Below are positions 36,123-48,388 of a stretch of 59,563 bases of DNA, piece by piece. Within the stretch, counting starts at the first letter, position 1. The number at the start of each line of letters is the position of its first letter. The notes beneath the pieces are model-generated. The model was not told the origin of the DNA. It did no database searches and saw nothing but the letters and a program-made list of their open reading frames with translations. Position numbers and translations under genes: made by a program. This DNA is from Vitrella brassicaformis CCMP3155 (Eukaryota > Protista > Chromerida): assembly GCA_001179505.1 (NCBI GenBank), contig CDMY01000521.1, positions 1 to 59,563 on the forward strand, given 5' to 3'.

Positions 36123-37475
36123 ATGCTCATCCCCCCCGGTGCGTTAGCCCAAGCGGTAGCGGACCGGCCTCACCTGGTGGATGTGATGCCAGATATGAGC
36201 TGGCTGTGGAGGCCGCGACGCCGCCGCTCTTCTTATGGCCGGGTCAAGGATGATGCCGAGCTGTCAGTCGTCGTCACGGGCAGCAATGCCGCTGCCGTCG
36301 ATGAGGAGAATGTGCTGCCTCTCATCCTCCCGCATCTCCCTGTTGACGAACTGGTGAGGGCCCGGGCGGTGAGCAAGGCCTATGGCACGGACCTCGTGGA
36401 CGAGGCCGCCTTCTTGCGGCGCATCGACTCATCTCTCGCTCAGCAGAAGCTCACCGGCCTCATTGACGTGGAGAGGCACCGCACTATCGACCTTCCCGAG
36501 CCCCTCTCCCGCCTTCACTACCTCTCTCGATGCGCCTACGTCCTGGAGCAGGCAGGGCCACGGATGAATGCGCTCATCCGACTGGCGAGCGGCTCCCAGA
36601 TGATTGATCAGCTGCCCCTGGTGCTGACGGCCGAGTCCGTGCTGGCGCTTGTGCCGGATAAGGAGACATTCAATCAGCTGCCGGCAGCCATGGCCATCTA
36701 CAAAGCTATCGGCCCTCTCCTCTGCCGTGAGGATAGAGAGAACGGCACGACGACTACGATGGCGCTGCAGACAGGGGAGCGCGAGTCGGTCGAGCTTCAC
36801 CCCAGCGGCTGCGCGCGAGGGTGCACTAACTTCATCTTCGTGATCTCCTACATCCTCGTGATCATGATCGGCAGTCCAGCGCTTGCTGTCATCCTGGACC
36901 CCGACCCTGACCCACAGATGCAGCAGCTGACGCTGGAAGACCGCTGTCTCGTGCTGCTCTTCGTGCTCGTGGCGTGGACACTCTGCTTCAGCGTCTGCAT
37001 TGCGGCTTGTGCGTGCGAGGACTGGTACACCGCACGCCGCCCAGTGCTGTGTGGCACCATCAACGGGCTGCGGTTCCGGACAGCCTTTAAGGAGGAGCTC
37101 TCTCGGGGTCACCCATACCTGAAGACCTTCAGCGAGAGCGACCCGCTCGTCGTTTCCCAAAGCCGGACGCATCCATCCTTCTCGTCATTCGCCCTGTATG
37201 CCCTGATGACGGTGGCGGCGGAGCAGCTGACAAAGGTGGTTGACGCGGAGCTGGAACGGGAACGTTATCTCCCCCACGACACCCTCACCGACACCAGCGC
37301 AGCGGAGGAGGATGTGATCGTCATCGAGTGGCGAAAGGACGGGCTGGAGACGAGTGCGACCGACTGCAAACGGGCGGTGGTCGTGGTGCTGCTGAATGAG
37401 GGGGGCGATGGGGCTGCGGTGGCTTCTGGTCCGAGAGCGCCCGAAGATACCTTGGACGGACATCATACACCATGA
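36123..37475 (+). CDS. Intronless F-box-like protein with two internal hydrophobic helices
   Basis: The 452-aa ORF contains LPLILPHLPVDELVRARAVSKAY (F-box-like), plus hydrophobic FIFVISYILVIMIGSPALAVIL and LVLLFVLVAWTLCFSVCIAACA. Confidence 0.65.
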   Translation: MLIPPGALAQAVADRPHLVDVMPDMSWLWRPRRRRSSYGRVKDDAELSVVVTGSNAAAVDEENVLPLILPHLPVDELVRARAVSKAYGTDLVDEAAFLRRIDSSLAQQKLTGLIDVERHRTIDLPEPLSRLHYLSRCAYVLEQAGPRMNALIRLASGSQMIDQLPLVLTAESVLALVPDKETFNQLPAAMAIYKAIGPLLCREDRENGTTTTMALQTGERESVELHPSGCARGCTNFIFVISYILVIMIGSPALAVILDPDPDPQMQQLTLEDRCLVLLFVLVAWTLCFSVCIAACACEDWYTARRPVLCGTINGLRFRTAFKEELSRGHPYLKTFSESDPLVVSQSRTHPSFSSFALYALMTVAAEQLTKVVDAELERERYLPHDTLTDTSAAEEDVIVIEWRKDGLETSATDCKRAVVVVLLNEGGDGAAVASGPRAPEDTLDGHHTP

Positions 37476-37829
37476 AATTGCTCTGCAGATCGATTGCGGA
37501 CGTCATGGACGATAGGCTTATGCTCGACCGCAGACGCCGGCCCGCTGGCATCACACTCTTGTAGCTTCCATTCGATGACTGCCCCGGCTCGCCCCCGTCC
37601 ACCACCGCTGGACCGATTGATGAATACTGCTCCTTTTTGACTGTCTCGCTCCTTGCTGAAGTCTCACAGAACTGCAATGCGTCTTTGTGTGTGCCGCGAT
37701 GTGTTGACCCTGAACAATACTGAGTCATCAAGGGGCTCTGCGTCTCATTGAGCTGCGGTGCCCCTGCACTCCGCAATTCCCTTTCACGACACACTCTGCC
37801 CTAAAACACTCGTAAACACTTGTCGGCTG

Positions 37830-38475
37830 ATGGAGGACAAGAAGCGGGTCAAGGTGGCGAACCTCGCCGATGGTCTGGTCACACCCGGTAGAAAGGGCGG
37901 AACGTACCGCGATTTGCCCACCGACAAGGCCCACGACCTCTGCAAGGATCTCAAACACCCCGGTCAGAGATTGCCGGATACTCGCCTTATGGATGGATGG
38001 ATGGATAGATGCATGGATTGGATGGATAGATCTGCCGGTGTCCTGGCTTGCACCTCTCTATCTTGCTGCAGAGCTCAGGTACATCGACAAGGAGATGCTC
38101 GAGTGGCGGAAGGAGCAGGTCAAGGGCAACGCGGGGAAGGAACCACTGTTCATGGACGCCTGGAGGAAGGAGCAGTCACTGAGTACGCCCCTCCACGTCC
38201 TGGACAGCCCACACCCACACTCATCCTTTCCCTTTTTGTCCAGGGGAGGCGTGGGTGGCTCTGTCGTGGGAGGAGCAGCTACCATACTTCGAGGAGGTCC
38301 GTCAGCGATGTGAGGCACTGGCCCACCCATGCGATGTGTGTATGTCCTTTGTCAGTATAACGAGGACCTGCAAGCGGCCGTGGAGAGGGAGAAGGCCTCA
38401 TCGGCCGGGGCAGCTGCTGCTGCATCATCATCGGCCGGAGCGGCCGCTGCTGCCTCATCGAGCGGGGCCGAATAG
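37830..38475 (+). CDS. Small four-exon protein with a degenerate HMG-box-like helix
   Basis: Spliced: MEDKKRVK...KDLKHP|ELRYIDKEMLEW...WRKEQSL|REAWVALSWEEQLPYFEE|YNEDLQAAVEREKASSAG...-stop. The segment W..LS.EE..PY.E resembles HMG-box helix 3. Confidence 0.5.
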
Positions 38476-38805
38476 ATGGTGGATACCCACTCATAGCTGC
38501 AGTACATGCGCCGTTGATTGCGACAGTTCATGGCTTAGCGATCGATACATGTACATGTACATGTATGTGTGGACACGAATCATCAGTCAATATTCTCTAC
38601 TGCTCTGCCGTGTGTGTCTTGGCACGCCGCATCGCTCTATCTAAGAACGCCATATCACACACCGTCCATCTATCCGTCCATCCATCCATCCATCTGCATG
38701 GCATCCTATCCTCCCTCATCCATCCAGCCGCCCCCCTTCCTCACCAATCTACTTCTACATCTACACGACCACCCCACCGCATCCCACACATCGCCTCCTC
38801 AGACT

Positions 38806-39948
38806 CTATACCTGCCCGCCCCGTTTGAGCTCACGCCGCCTGCGGCGCTCCTCACGCTCCCCCGGCAGCGACGTGACATGATCCTGGCAGCGGAGGACAC
38901 CAACAGTGGACCTCTGTATTGGGAGGGCGTCGAAGGAGGGCACCACGCCGGGCGTCGCTCGTGTCGTCTTGCGGAGGTGATCCGCTGCCCGCTCTTCCTT
39001 CGTCTCGTCGCCCTCCTCGTCACCCGCCATCTCGTCGTCCTCCTCGTCCTCATCGCCATCATCCATCGGCTCGTCCTCATCATCGCTGTCGTCATCGTCA
39101 CCATCGTTGTCATCGTCCCCGTACACAGCTTCCTCCTGAAGCGATACCGATTGACCCATGTGAGTGATGCGGGCCGGACACCCACACATCCAGCACACAC
39201 ACATTAGGTAGGGAGGAGAAGGGATGAGCAGTCAATGTGTGGGGGGCCGTGTGGATGTGGTGATGTGTCACCTTGCCGCGCTCCTTGATGCCTTTCTTCT
39301 TCCTCTTGGGGGGCTGGGGCTCCTCCTCCATGCCAGACACACTGTCACTGTCCTCTCCATCACACATCTGCCGGTGCAGACGTCACAGACACCCACACAT
39401 CCAGCACACACACATAAGGTAGGGAGGAGAAGGGATGAGCAGTCAATGTGTGGGGGGCCGTGTGGATGTGGTGATGTGTCACCTTGCCGCGCTCCTTGAT
39501 GCCTTTCTTCTTCCTCTTGGGGGGCTGGGGCTCCTCCTCCATGCCAGACACACTGTCACTGTCCTCTCCATCACACATCTGCCGGTGCAGACATCACAGA
39601 CACCCACACATCCAGCACACACACATAAGGTAGGGAGAGGGAGACACGGCGGAGGTGTGAGGTCTCCTCCACCCTTTTCTCGCACGGCGGAGGGTGGTGC
39701 TTAACACAAGTGAGAGGGAGGTGGAGGTTGGGTGGACACTGGACGAGCGCTTTCCCGCCACCATTCTTGCAATGCGGCAGCTGCTGAGGCAATGGCAGCT
39801 CGAAGATGCAATACTGAGCACGACCCAGGGCACGACGTGAGCGTGTGCGTGGATGCGTGTTGACAGCGACCGATAGCCGCTCGGCTGGCTTGAGACGATA
39901 CGTGCTCCAGATGAGTGATGGATCATGAAACCGGTGTGCATCCGCCAT
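38806..39948 (-). CDS. Hypothetical acidic, probably nuclear protein with a tandemly duplicated exon
   Basis: Exons include MCDGEDSDSVSGMEEEPQPPKRKKKGIKERGK (present twice) and a D/E-rich exon (DDDNDGDDDDSDDEDE). Upstream is a Cys/His-containing exon ending PPPCEKR. The start is uncertain. Confidence 0.5.
39179..39635. repeat. Tandem repeat of a 211-bp unit (about 2.2 copies) containing one exon plus one intron
   Basis: The anchor cccacacatccagcacacacaca starts at 39181, 39392 and 39603. The copies differ at only a few positions. Confidence 0.95.
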
Positions 39949-40274
39949 CCACAATGAGAGCCATCCATTCGCTCAATGCCGGGGTTCGGTCACAAACAAG
40001 ATTGATGGGGCAAAGGAACGCAGCCATTGCAACTGATATGCCGAACGCAAGCGGGGGCTCAACTCACTCAAGCAGTGCCGCGTGCCACTCTCAAAACTCT
40101 CATATTCCGAATGCGGTCGCTTGTGGCCAGGATCTGCGAGCTGTGTCGCAGCGTGCGAGCTCAACCAAACAACACGCACGTGAAGCGGTCCATCCTTTCA
40201 CTACCCTTAACCAATCGGGTCGCCGGACTTGCATGAACCTGTTTGGTCCTCGATTCCTTCGCGGGAGCAGCAGG

Positions 40275-43200
40275 ATGTCGAATGAAGCATCAGCCCATCT
40301 CATTCAGCCCATGGAGGTCGACGACAGCTCCCCCTCTCCCCGACCGCCCTCCCGTCCCGCCACATCCTCGTGGCGCATTCTCTTGCCCATCATCATGTGG
40401 AAGCACTGGCTCGTCCGCAAGCGCAAGAGTCAGCAGCTCCGCAACCTCATCTATCAGACCGTCTTCTGGACTGGCATCATTGCGCTGGCAAAGCTGACGG
40501 CACCAGACACCACTTATGTCGAGAGGCGAGCGCCGTGGGACGAGCATGCGGCCTTCAGGAGGCTGCTGGAGGTGCCCACGGCCTCCCATGTCAACCGGAC
40601 GATCCTGGTGGGGAGGGCAGCGGGGGTGTGCGAGGATGATGCGTATCGGCTGATGAATCTGACGGCCTCGCTGCTGACGAGCCAGCTGGACAAGTATGGC
40701 TATGACATCGATGTGAGCAGCCACGTTCTGCACGTCGAGTCGAATGCGATGCTCCAGGCGGCCATGAGGACCGACTTCGAGAGCTACTGGTGTGGTCTGC
40801 TAGTGAAGCGAATCGACCCCACTGCCGATGTCTACGACATCTCCATCCGCTTCTATTCCAACGAGGTGCCTGACACGTCGGCAAAGGTCGTCAGCGACCC
40901 CACCCAGTGCCGCAAGTACTTGAAGCCTCTCTTTGCCCAGCAGAAGGGCGTGCACACGACGTTCACTCAGTGCATCGCCCTGCAGTACCAGCGGCAGGGG
41001 TTCCTGGACATCCAGACGGCCGTCAGCCGGGCGGCCATGCGGATGAGCGCTGCTGCTGCTGAGGATGACCATAGCAACGGCAGTGAGGCCAGTGGGGAGG
41101 CGTCGTCTCGTTCCCCATCTGTTTCCTTCTCTCTGGTGAATGGAGGGCGGAGTTCCCATGAGTCATCCGATGATGCTGACGACTGGGTGGTGGAGGATCC
41201 GGCGGCGGGCGATGCCACTGCTGTTGACGATGAGAGCGAGCGGGTGACGATCTCGTATGCACTGGACATGTTTCCGCAGCACGCGTTGACAATTAGCGGG
41301 CTGAAGCTCTCGGGTCTGCAGAACTTCGCCCCCCTTTATCTGATACTGAGCTTTCTGACTCTCTTCACCTATGTGGTTTATGACGTCGTGACGGAGAAGG
41401 AAAACAAGTAGGACAGCGAGAATGGAATGGGGACATAGATGTACAGGCATGGATGGTTCCCCTGCCTGTGCGCAGGTTGAAGGAGATGATGCGAATGATG
41501 GGCCTGTCCACGCCTCTGTTCTGGCTGTCCTGGACGCTCACATACGGCGTCTTCAACGCCCTGCTCGCACTCATCGCCGTCGCGGTGTCCTACCTCAGCG
41601 GCGTCTTCGGCCCCCGCCCCTCTGTCTTGCTGCTGTTCCTGCTCTTTTATCTATACGCCATGTCCCTGGTCACCTTCGCCTTCCTGGTGAGCGTGTTCTT
41701 CAACAAGGCCAGGGGGGCCTCGGTGGTGGGCTACTTCACCAGCATTGTGCTCAACCTGGTGGCCATACCCATCAACTCGGTCTGGAGGGACAGCCTCGGC
41801 TTTGCGAGCAGAGTGGTGGTAAGCAGGCACGGAGGGAGGCGAGTGTAGGTGGTGGGGTCCATGCACATCCCTTTCTCTCTCTCTCTGTGTGTGTGTGTGT
41901 GTGTGTGTGTGAATGTGGGTCAGCTATCGTCGCTTTCGACTGTGTCCTTCTCCATGGGCACGTACGACGCCCTCACAATGTCGGCGCAAGGTCAGCAGAC
42001 ACACAACTGAAGCAACTGACACACGTCACGCCTTCATCTACCCCGTCTCTCCCTCCCTTGCCTACCTGCAGGTGGTGCGACCTTCTCCAACATGTTCCAC
42101 CCCCACACAACTGTCGGCCTGTCGGTCGTCATGCTCCTCATCGACACCCTCGTCTACCTTCTTCTCGCGGCCTATTTGGACCAGGTGGTGCCGCAGGACA
42201 TCGGCACCACCAAGCCATGGCACTTCCCTGTCACATGGTGGTGGGCCAGGGGAGGGCTGTGCGGCCGACGGAGGGAGGCGAGGGAGGTGCGGGAGGTGAC
42301 CAGGCAGGGCGGCCGTGGCGTGGCCATCGAGATTATGGGCCTGAGGAAGGAGTTCCCTGCCACATGTAGGCCTTGTCCCATCAAGATCGATTGAATGGGT
42401 GGGGGATGGATGCTTGAGGCGTCTGCCATGTTTGTTTGTTGTCAGGGCGTGATCGGAAGAAGGTGGCGGTGGACAACCTGTCCCTGACGCTCAACACCCA
42501 CGAGGTCTTCGCGCTGCTCGGCCACAATGGGGCCGGCAAGTCGACGACCATCCACATCCTCACGGGCCTCCTGCAGCCCACATCAGGCGACGCCACCGTC
42601 TTCGGCCTCCCCCTCTCCACCCACATGGACGACATCCGCCAGCACATCTCCGTCTGCCCCCAGGAAAACATCTTCTTCGAGGACCTCACAGTCGAGGAGC
42701 ACCTGATGTTCTTCGCGGGCCTCAAGGGCATGTCGTGGCAAGAGGGGCGGCGGGAGTGGGAGCGGCTGGTGGAGAAGGTGCAGCTGGGGGACAAGCTCAA
42801 GACCATGGTCACCGACCTCAGTGGAGGGCAGAAGAGGCGACTCTGGGTGGCCATCGCACTCATGGGCAGCGCCAAAGTCGTCTTCCTTGACGAACCGACC
42901 TCAGGTACGTCTGTGTGTGAGACAGCATGACATACACGGGTCGATTCGCTCAGCCTTTTGCTCAGGGATGGACCCATTGGCCCGCCGTCAAGTGTGGCAG
43001 CTGATAGAGGAGCACAAGGCGCAGGGCCGCTGCGTCATCCTCACCACCCACCACATGGAGGAGGCCGACCTCCTGGCCGACCGCAAGGGCGTCCTCTCCA
43101 AGGGCCGACTGCAGTGCGTCGGCTCGTCCCTCTTCCTCAAGACCACGTTCGGCATCGGGTACTACCTGGAGATACAGCCCAGCCGGCCGCAGCAGTGCTC

Positions 43201-46200
43201 CACCGACCGGCTGCTCGGCTTCGTCAAGCGGCATGTGGCCGACGCTACACTGATGGAGGGAGGTGCGGGGGCGTTCCGGGACGGTTCGCCATCCCCGTCA
43301 ACATCCCCATCACGAGCCACAAATGCCCGGTCAATTGCTAGCTCGCCCACATCTGCTCAACCGCCGTCATATGCCAGTGCTCGACGGCGCGGCGACATCG
43401 TGACGTTCGCCCTCCCTTTGGCGGCCGCCGACTCCTTCGCGGCTCTCCTGAAGGACCTCGAGACCAACAGGGAGGAGCTGGCCATCGACGATTTCGGCAT
43501 GTCCATGTCCTCTTTGGAGGAGATATTCTGCAAGCTTGGGGATCAGGAGGACGCCATCGAGGCCGAGGCGTCCGCCGACCAGTCCCCACTCGCAGGTGCA
43601 GATGCGCACGCCCAGAACGGTGCTCAGCCTCCATCTTCAGAGGATGACGCGTCTCCCACGGCCACGAATGGCGGACGGAGACGGGGGCGTGGCAGCGACT
43701 ACCAGGCTACCATGGTCAGGGACGAGCAGGATGATGATGCCGATGGCGCCACATCCGACGCCAGCAAGGAGGAGAGGGCGGCGGAGCAAAGGCCCAAGGG
43801 CGACCAAGGTCGGCCGCGAGGCAGCTGGTGGCAGTGCTTCCTCGCCCTGGTCGACCTGCGCCTAGCCCAGATCCGCAACAACAAGCGGCTGCTCTTCATC
43901 GAGGTCTACCTGCCCCTCTTGTTCGTCCTCTGCGGCATGTTCATGCGCCGCTCCAGCTTCCTGCGAGACGCCGGCGAGCAGGACAGCAAGTGGACGCCCC
44001 CTGCGCTCCCCGTCCTCGACTACGGCCGTGTCTTCAACGGGACGCCCATCCCCTATGCCGTCGATCCAACGATCCCTGCGACCGCACAGGAGTCATTGCG
44101 CGGCTGGCTGGCGTCGACCAGGCTCAGCAACCAGTTCTTTGCTCTCGACGTGGCGCCACATGAGAATGAGAATGCGGATGGGAATGCGACACGAGAGAAA
44201 GACGCGATACACGCCATGCAGCAATACCTGTGGGCCCGAAGTGGCTCTTCGGACGAACGGGACTTTCACTTCTACCCCTCTGCACTAGTATTCGAGCCCT
44301 CCAGCCAACAATCCAATGCAACCGCCCCCAGCAGCGGCAATGGCGTCACTGTCCGTGTGTTGTGGAACCCCGCCGTCATCCACGGGGTGCCGTCGATGCT
44401 CGCCACGCTCAACGAGGGATGGATGCGATACCAGGCCGACACCAAACGCGCCAGCAACGACCGGGCTCTGTGGCTGCTACAGCTACCGAGGCTGAGTACG
44501 AGGGAGCGGCGGAGACTGGCCAGGATGCTCGCCCACCCCTTTCGATCGGCGTTTTCGATGCGCCTATGGGGCAACCGGCGGCTGGTCAAGAGGCGGATGG
44601 GTGCGACAGAGGGGCAACAGCAGGGGGGAGGGACGGAGGCGCCGGCCCCCCCATCTCCCACTTTGTCCATCACGAGCGAGCCGGTGCCGACCCCGTACGT
44701 GGAGATCTCCCCCAGGATGCTCAGCTTCCTGCTGCTCGTGGGCATTGGCCTGCTGCTCGTGCCAAATGGGTTCGCTGTCCAGGCCGTGGCTGACAGAGAG
44801 CTGGGCGGCAAGCATTCCCTCTTCGTGGCGGGGCTGCCCATCCCCCTGTACTGGCTGGGCACCTGGTTCGTCCACTACATCATCATGCTGACGATCGCGT
44901 GTGCGATGCTCGCCATGGTGGCCTCCTTCCGCCTGGATTTCTTCCAGGGTGTGGCGCTGTGGGTGTTCGCGGCGGGCCTGCTGCTCTACTCGAGCAGCAC
45001 CCTCTTCTACGCGTACGTGGCGTCGTTCATCTTCCCGACACGCGACGCGCTGATGAAGTACTTCCCGCTGCTCAACCATTCCCTCGGCGTGTTCCCCCTG
45101 ATGATTGTGGCGGTCACGCAGCAGTTCCCCGGCGGGCAGCACGTCGGCCACGCCATGCACGTGTGGGTGTCCTTCCTCTCGCCCCCATACACACTGCTGG
45201 GCCTGATGCTCTACCTCATGCTTATCGGTCTGGAGGCCAACTTCCTGAACGTGCAGCCGACACTCGTCGACTACCTCGAATTTGACAACTACGCGGCCTA
45301 CCCCCTCCTGGCCATGCTCGTGCACAATGTGGCGCTGTTCGTCCTGCTGGCCGTCTTCGAGTATCGGTCCTACAACAGGGCCAACACCATGATGACCACC
45401 AAGGCGCAGCACCTGCTCCGCTTCTTTCAGCAGACCGCCGCTGCAGCCACAGCCACAGCCACAGCCGCAGAGAGGGAAGACGCCCAGGTGACCGATGAAG
45501 ACGTCACCAAGGAGGAGGCGGACGTCGCAAGATGGGTGGAGCGGTTCGCTTCCCCGTCTCCCCCCCGGCCAGAGGACCACCCCCCACTGATCCTCTTACA
45601 CGACCTGCATCACGTCTATGTGCCCAAGATCACCACATCCCCACCAAAGTGGGCGGTCCGGGGGCTGTCCTTCTCTGTGGGGCGGGGGGAGGTCTTCGGC
45701 CTCCTCGGCCCCAACGGCGCGGGCAAGACGACCACGATCAGCCTGCTGACGGCGCAGGTGCGGCCGCCCACTGCTGGCGGGGGCTACCTCGGGGGCCATA
45801 ACATCCGCACCTCCATCAGCAAGGCGTTCCCGCAGCTGGGCGTCTGTCCGCAGTTCGATGCGTGCACACGTGACATCACTGTGGTCGAGCAGCTGCGGGT
45901 GTTTGCGAGGATCAAGGGGGTGCCGCAGAGGGAGCTGGAGGGGCGCGTTTCTGAGGCGCTCCGCGAGATGGGCATCCTCGAGGACGCTCACAAGGTCATC
46001 CACAAATGCAGCGGAGGGACCAGGTACGCACACACGCGCATATCCACACACCCTTTTCCATGTCTCTCTCTCTCTCTCTCTCTCCATCCATCCATCCATC
46101 AGGCGTCGGTTGAGTGTGGCGATCGCCTTCATGGGTGGTCCAGACATAGTCATCCTGGACGAGCCTTCGTCCGGAATGGACCCCCAGGGCCGCCGCCGGC

Positions 46201-46793
46201 TCTGGTCCGCCATCCAGCGGCTCGCCAGGTGCCGCACCCATCCCCCCGCCATCCTCCTTACCACCCACTCGATGGAGGAGGCCGACGCCCTCTGCACCCG
46301 GCTGGGCATCATGGTCAATGGCCGGCTGCACTGCCTGGGGTCTTCTCTCAGCATCAAGGGCAGATACGGCCAGGCGTACAAGCTGGAGATCCAGGGGGAG
46401 GAGGAGAGCGATAGAGGGGGAGGGGGAGGGGGAGAGGACGGCTGGTTCGCCCGTGTGGACGGCATGGTGCGTGCGGAGCTGTCGGGCGAGGCCGTGCTCA
46501 AGGACCGGTTCGGCCGGCGACTGCTTTACGAGATACCCTTCTCTGCACGAGCACGGCGAGGGCAGCTGGGGGGCATGTTCCAGGTGCTGCAGGAGAGGAA
46601 GGCCGCCCTGCGGATACGCGAGTACTCGCTGTCGCAGCCGACACTCGAGCAGGTCTTCATCCGCTTTGCCAACAGGCAGCAGCAGCTGGAACAGCAAGAT
46701 GTTACCTTCGCGCAGCCGCCCAGCATGTGGACAAGGATGACAGGGGGCGGCGGCGGCAGCTCAGTGGCCCCGGTGGCTGTGCAGCCGCAGTGA
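40275..46793 (+). CDS. ABC transporter subfamily A (full transporter, two TMDs and two NBDs)
   Basis: N-terminal WKHWLVRKR. NBD1 has GHNGAGKSTT, LSGGQKRRLWVAIAL, VVFLDEPTSG|MDP and LTTHHMEEAD. NBD2 has GPNGAGKTTT, CSGGT|RRRLSVAIA, ILDEPSSGMDP and LTTHSMEEADALC. C-terminal YSLSQPTLEQVFIRF. The start Met could be further upstream. Confidence 0.93.
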
Positions 46794-47249
46794 GGGGCAG
46801 AGGAGCGCCTGATGGCATGGATTGATGAAGGCAGGGCAGGGCAATCTTTTTTCCCCCACCCCATCCCACCCCGTTGTAGATGTCCGCACAGCAAGCTTCA
46901 CGAATGAATGATTTTTGCCATCGGACGGCAGTGAGTCAGGACTGAGTAGCGAGGGATGCATGTCGTGCCTACTGTACAGCTCGCCCTGTGTCGCTTTTAC
47001 AACAATCGCGTGGATTCAGAAGGATCGGTCGGTCGGCATTTCGTCAGTCAGAAGGCGAAGAGCTTGACGTCACGAGTCAGGGCGACACGATACGCATCCA
47101 CCACACGCAATGCACATCGAGGCCCGTCCTTTGAAACCACTCACACGCACGTATCTGTCGCATCACGGCAGTGAACGCGCCGCGCACACACCACACACCA
47201 CACCCGCCACACACAGGCAAGGCGCGCGGGAGGGCATCCATCCATCCAT

Positions 47250-48207
47250 CTACGCCTTGCCCTTCTTGCCCTTCTTGCCGCCGCCGCCCCCCTCACCACC
47301 GCCAGCCTCCTGGCCGCCGCCCTCCATGTCCTAAAAGCAAAGCAACCACAGACACGGACACAGACGGCAGATGAGATGGAATGGCATAGACGACACCATG
47401 TGCGCTGACCAGGCCGACCATCTATCTACGCTATGTGAGTGATGTGCCCTAGTTAGGTCACTCTCTCACTCACCTTCTTGTAGGTGAGTCCGCACTTGCC
47501 GCAGTAGAAGCGGTCGAAGTGGTTTGCGAAGAAAATGCCGCTGCCGCAGATCTCGGCGGGGCACTCCTTCCGCAGACGGGAAACCTTGCCCGCGTTGTCC
47601 ACCTTGTAGTACTTCAAAATCGCCAACTTCACCTGCACAACCACAACCACACACAGACAGACAACACAGAGAGAGAAAGAGAGGTGAGCACGTCTGTCTG
47701 TCTGGCGGATGACCGACCGACCTTCTTCTTTTTGTGTTTTGGTTTCTTTGGTTTGGTGTAGGTCTTCTTCTTCCGCTTCTTGCCGCCGCCCAACAGATCT
47801 CCCGTCACCACAAACAGGGTCGCCTCCTGCACACAGCACAACACAAACCAACCAACCACACAGCTCACAGTGTGTAGGTGAGGGTCTCGTGTGTGTGGAG
47901 TGAATACGGACAGACCAACCCCAGCCCACCCACCTGTTGGATGCCGTAGTCGGCGAGAGTGAAGTCATCCTCGAGCTGAGAGAAGGAGCCATAAACCAGC
48001 CTCTGCTCACACACGGGGATGCCTGAACCAAACACAGCCACAGCACAGCAGACGTCATGCCCGCGTGCCACCACTCCCTCCCTCCCTCCCTCCCCACCGA
48101 CCGTAGGTGCTCTCGAGGGTCCCCTTGATGTGGGCGATGGTGGTGTCGGCGGTCACATCCACCGGCAGGGTCTCGCCGCCACACCCACGGACAAAGATCT
48201 GCGCCAT
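47250..48207 (-). CDS. RPS27A: 40S ribosomal protein eS31 (S27a) fused to a divergent ubiquitin-like domain
   Basis: Five exons. [21 protein letters not shown]|[53 protein letters not shown] is canonical eS31 with a C4 zinc finger. The N-terminal UBL ends in LLGG. Confidence 0.95.
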
Positions 48208-48388
48208 TCTGGAGCCAATTGCGCTGGGATCTGGGAACACTTGGACTGCCACAGCTGGTGCCCTCACGCAACAATCGCCATCCTCCACAGCCTGCGTCGT
48301 TTTCAAGCTCGCAGGAAAGACGCGATCTGCGAGCTTTTGTCTTTTCTGGCAAAAGCCGAACGTAGACAGTAGACACCGTAGACAGTGT

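Noticed and set aside
39179-39635. Direct repeats as a CRISPR-like array
   Set aside because: The units are whole 211-bp tandem copies with no unique spacers, there are no cas genes, and the context is eukaryotic.
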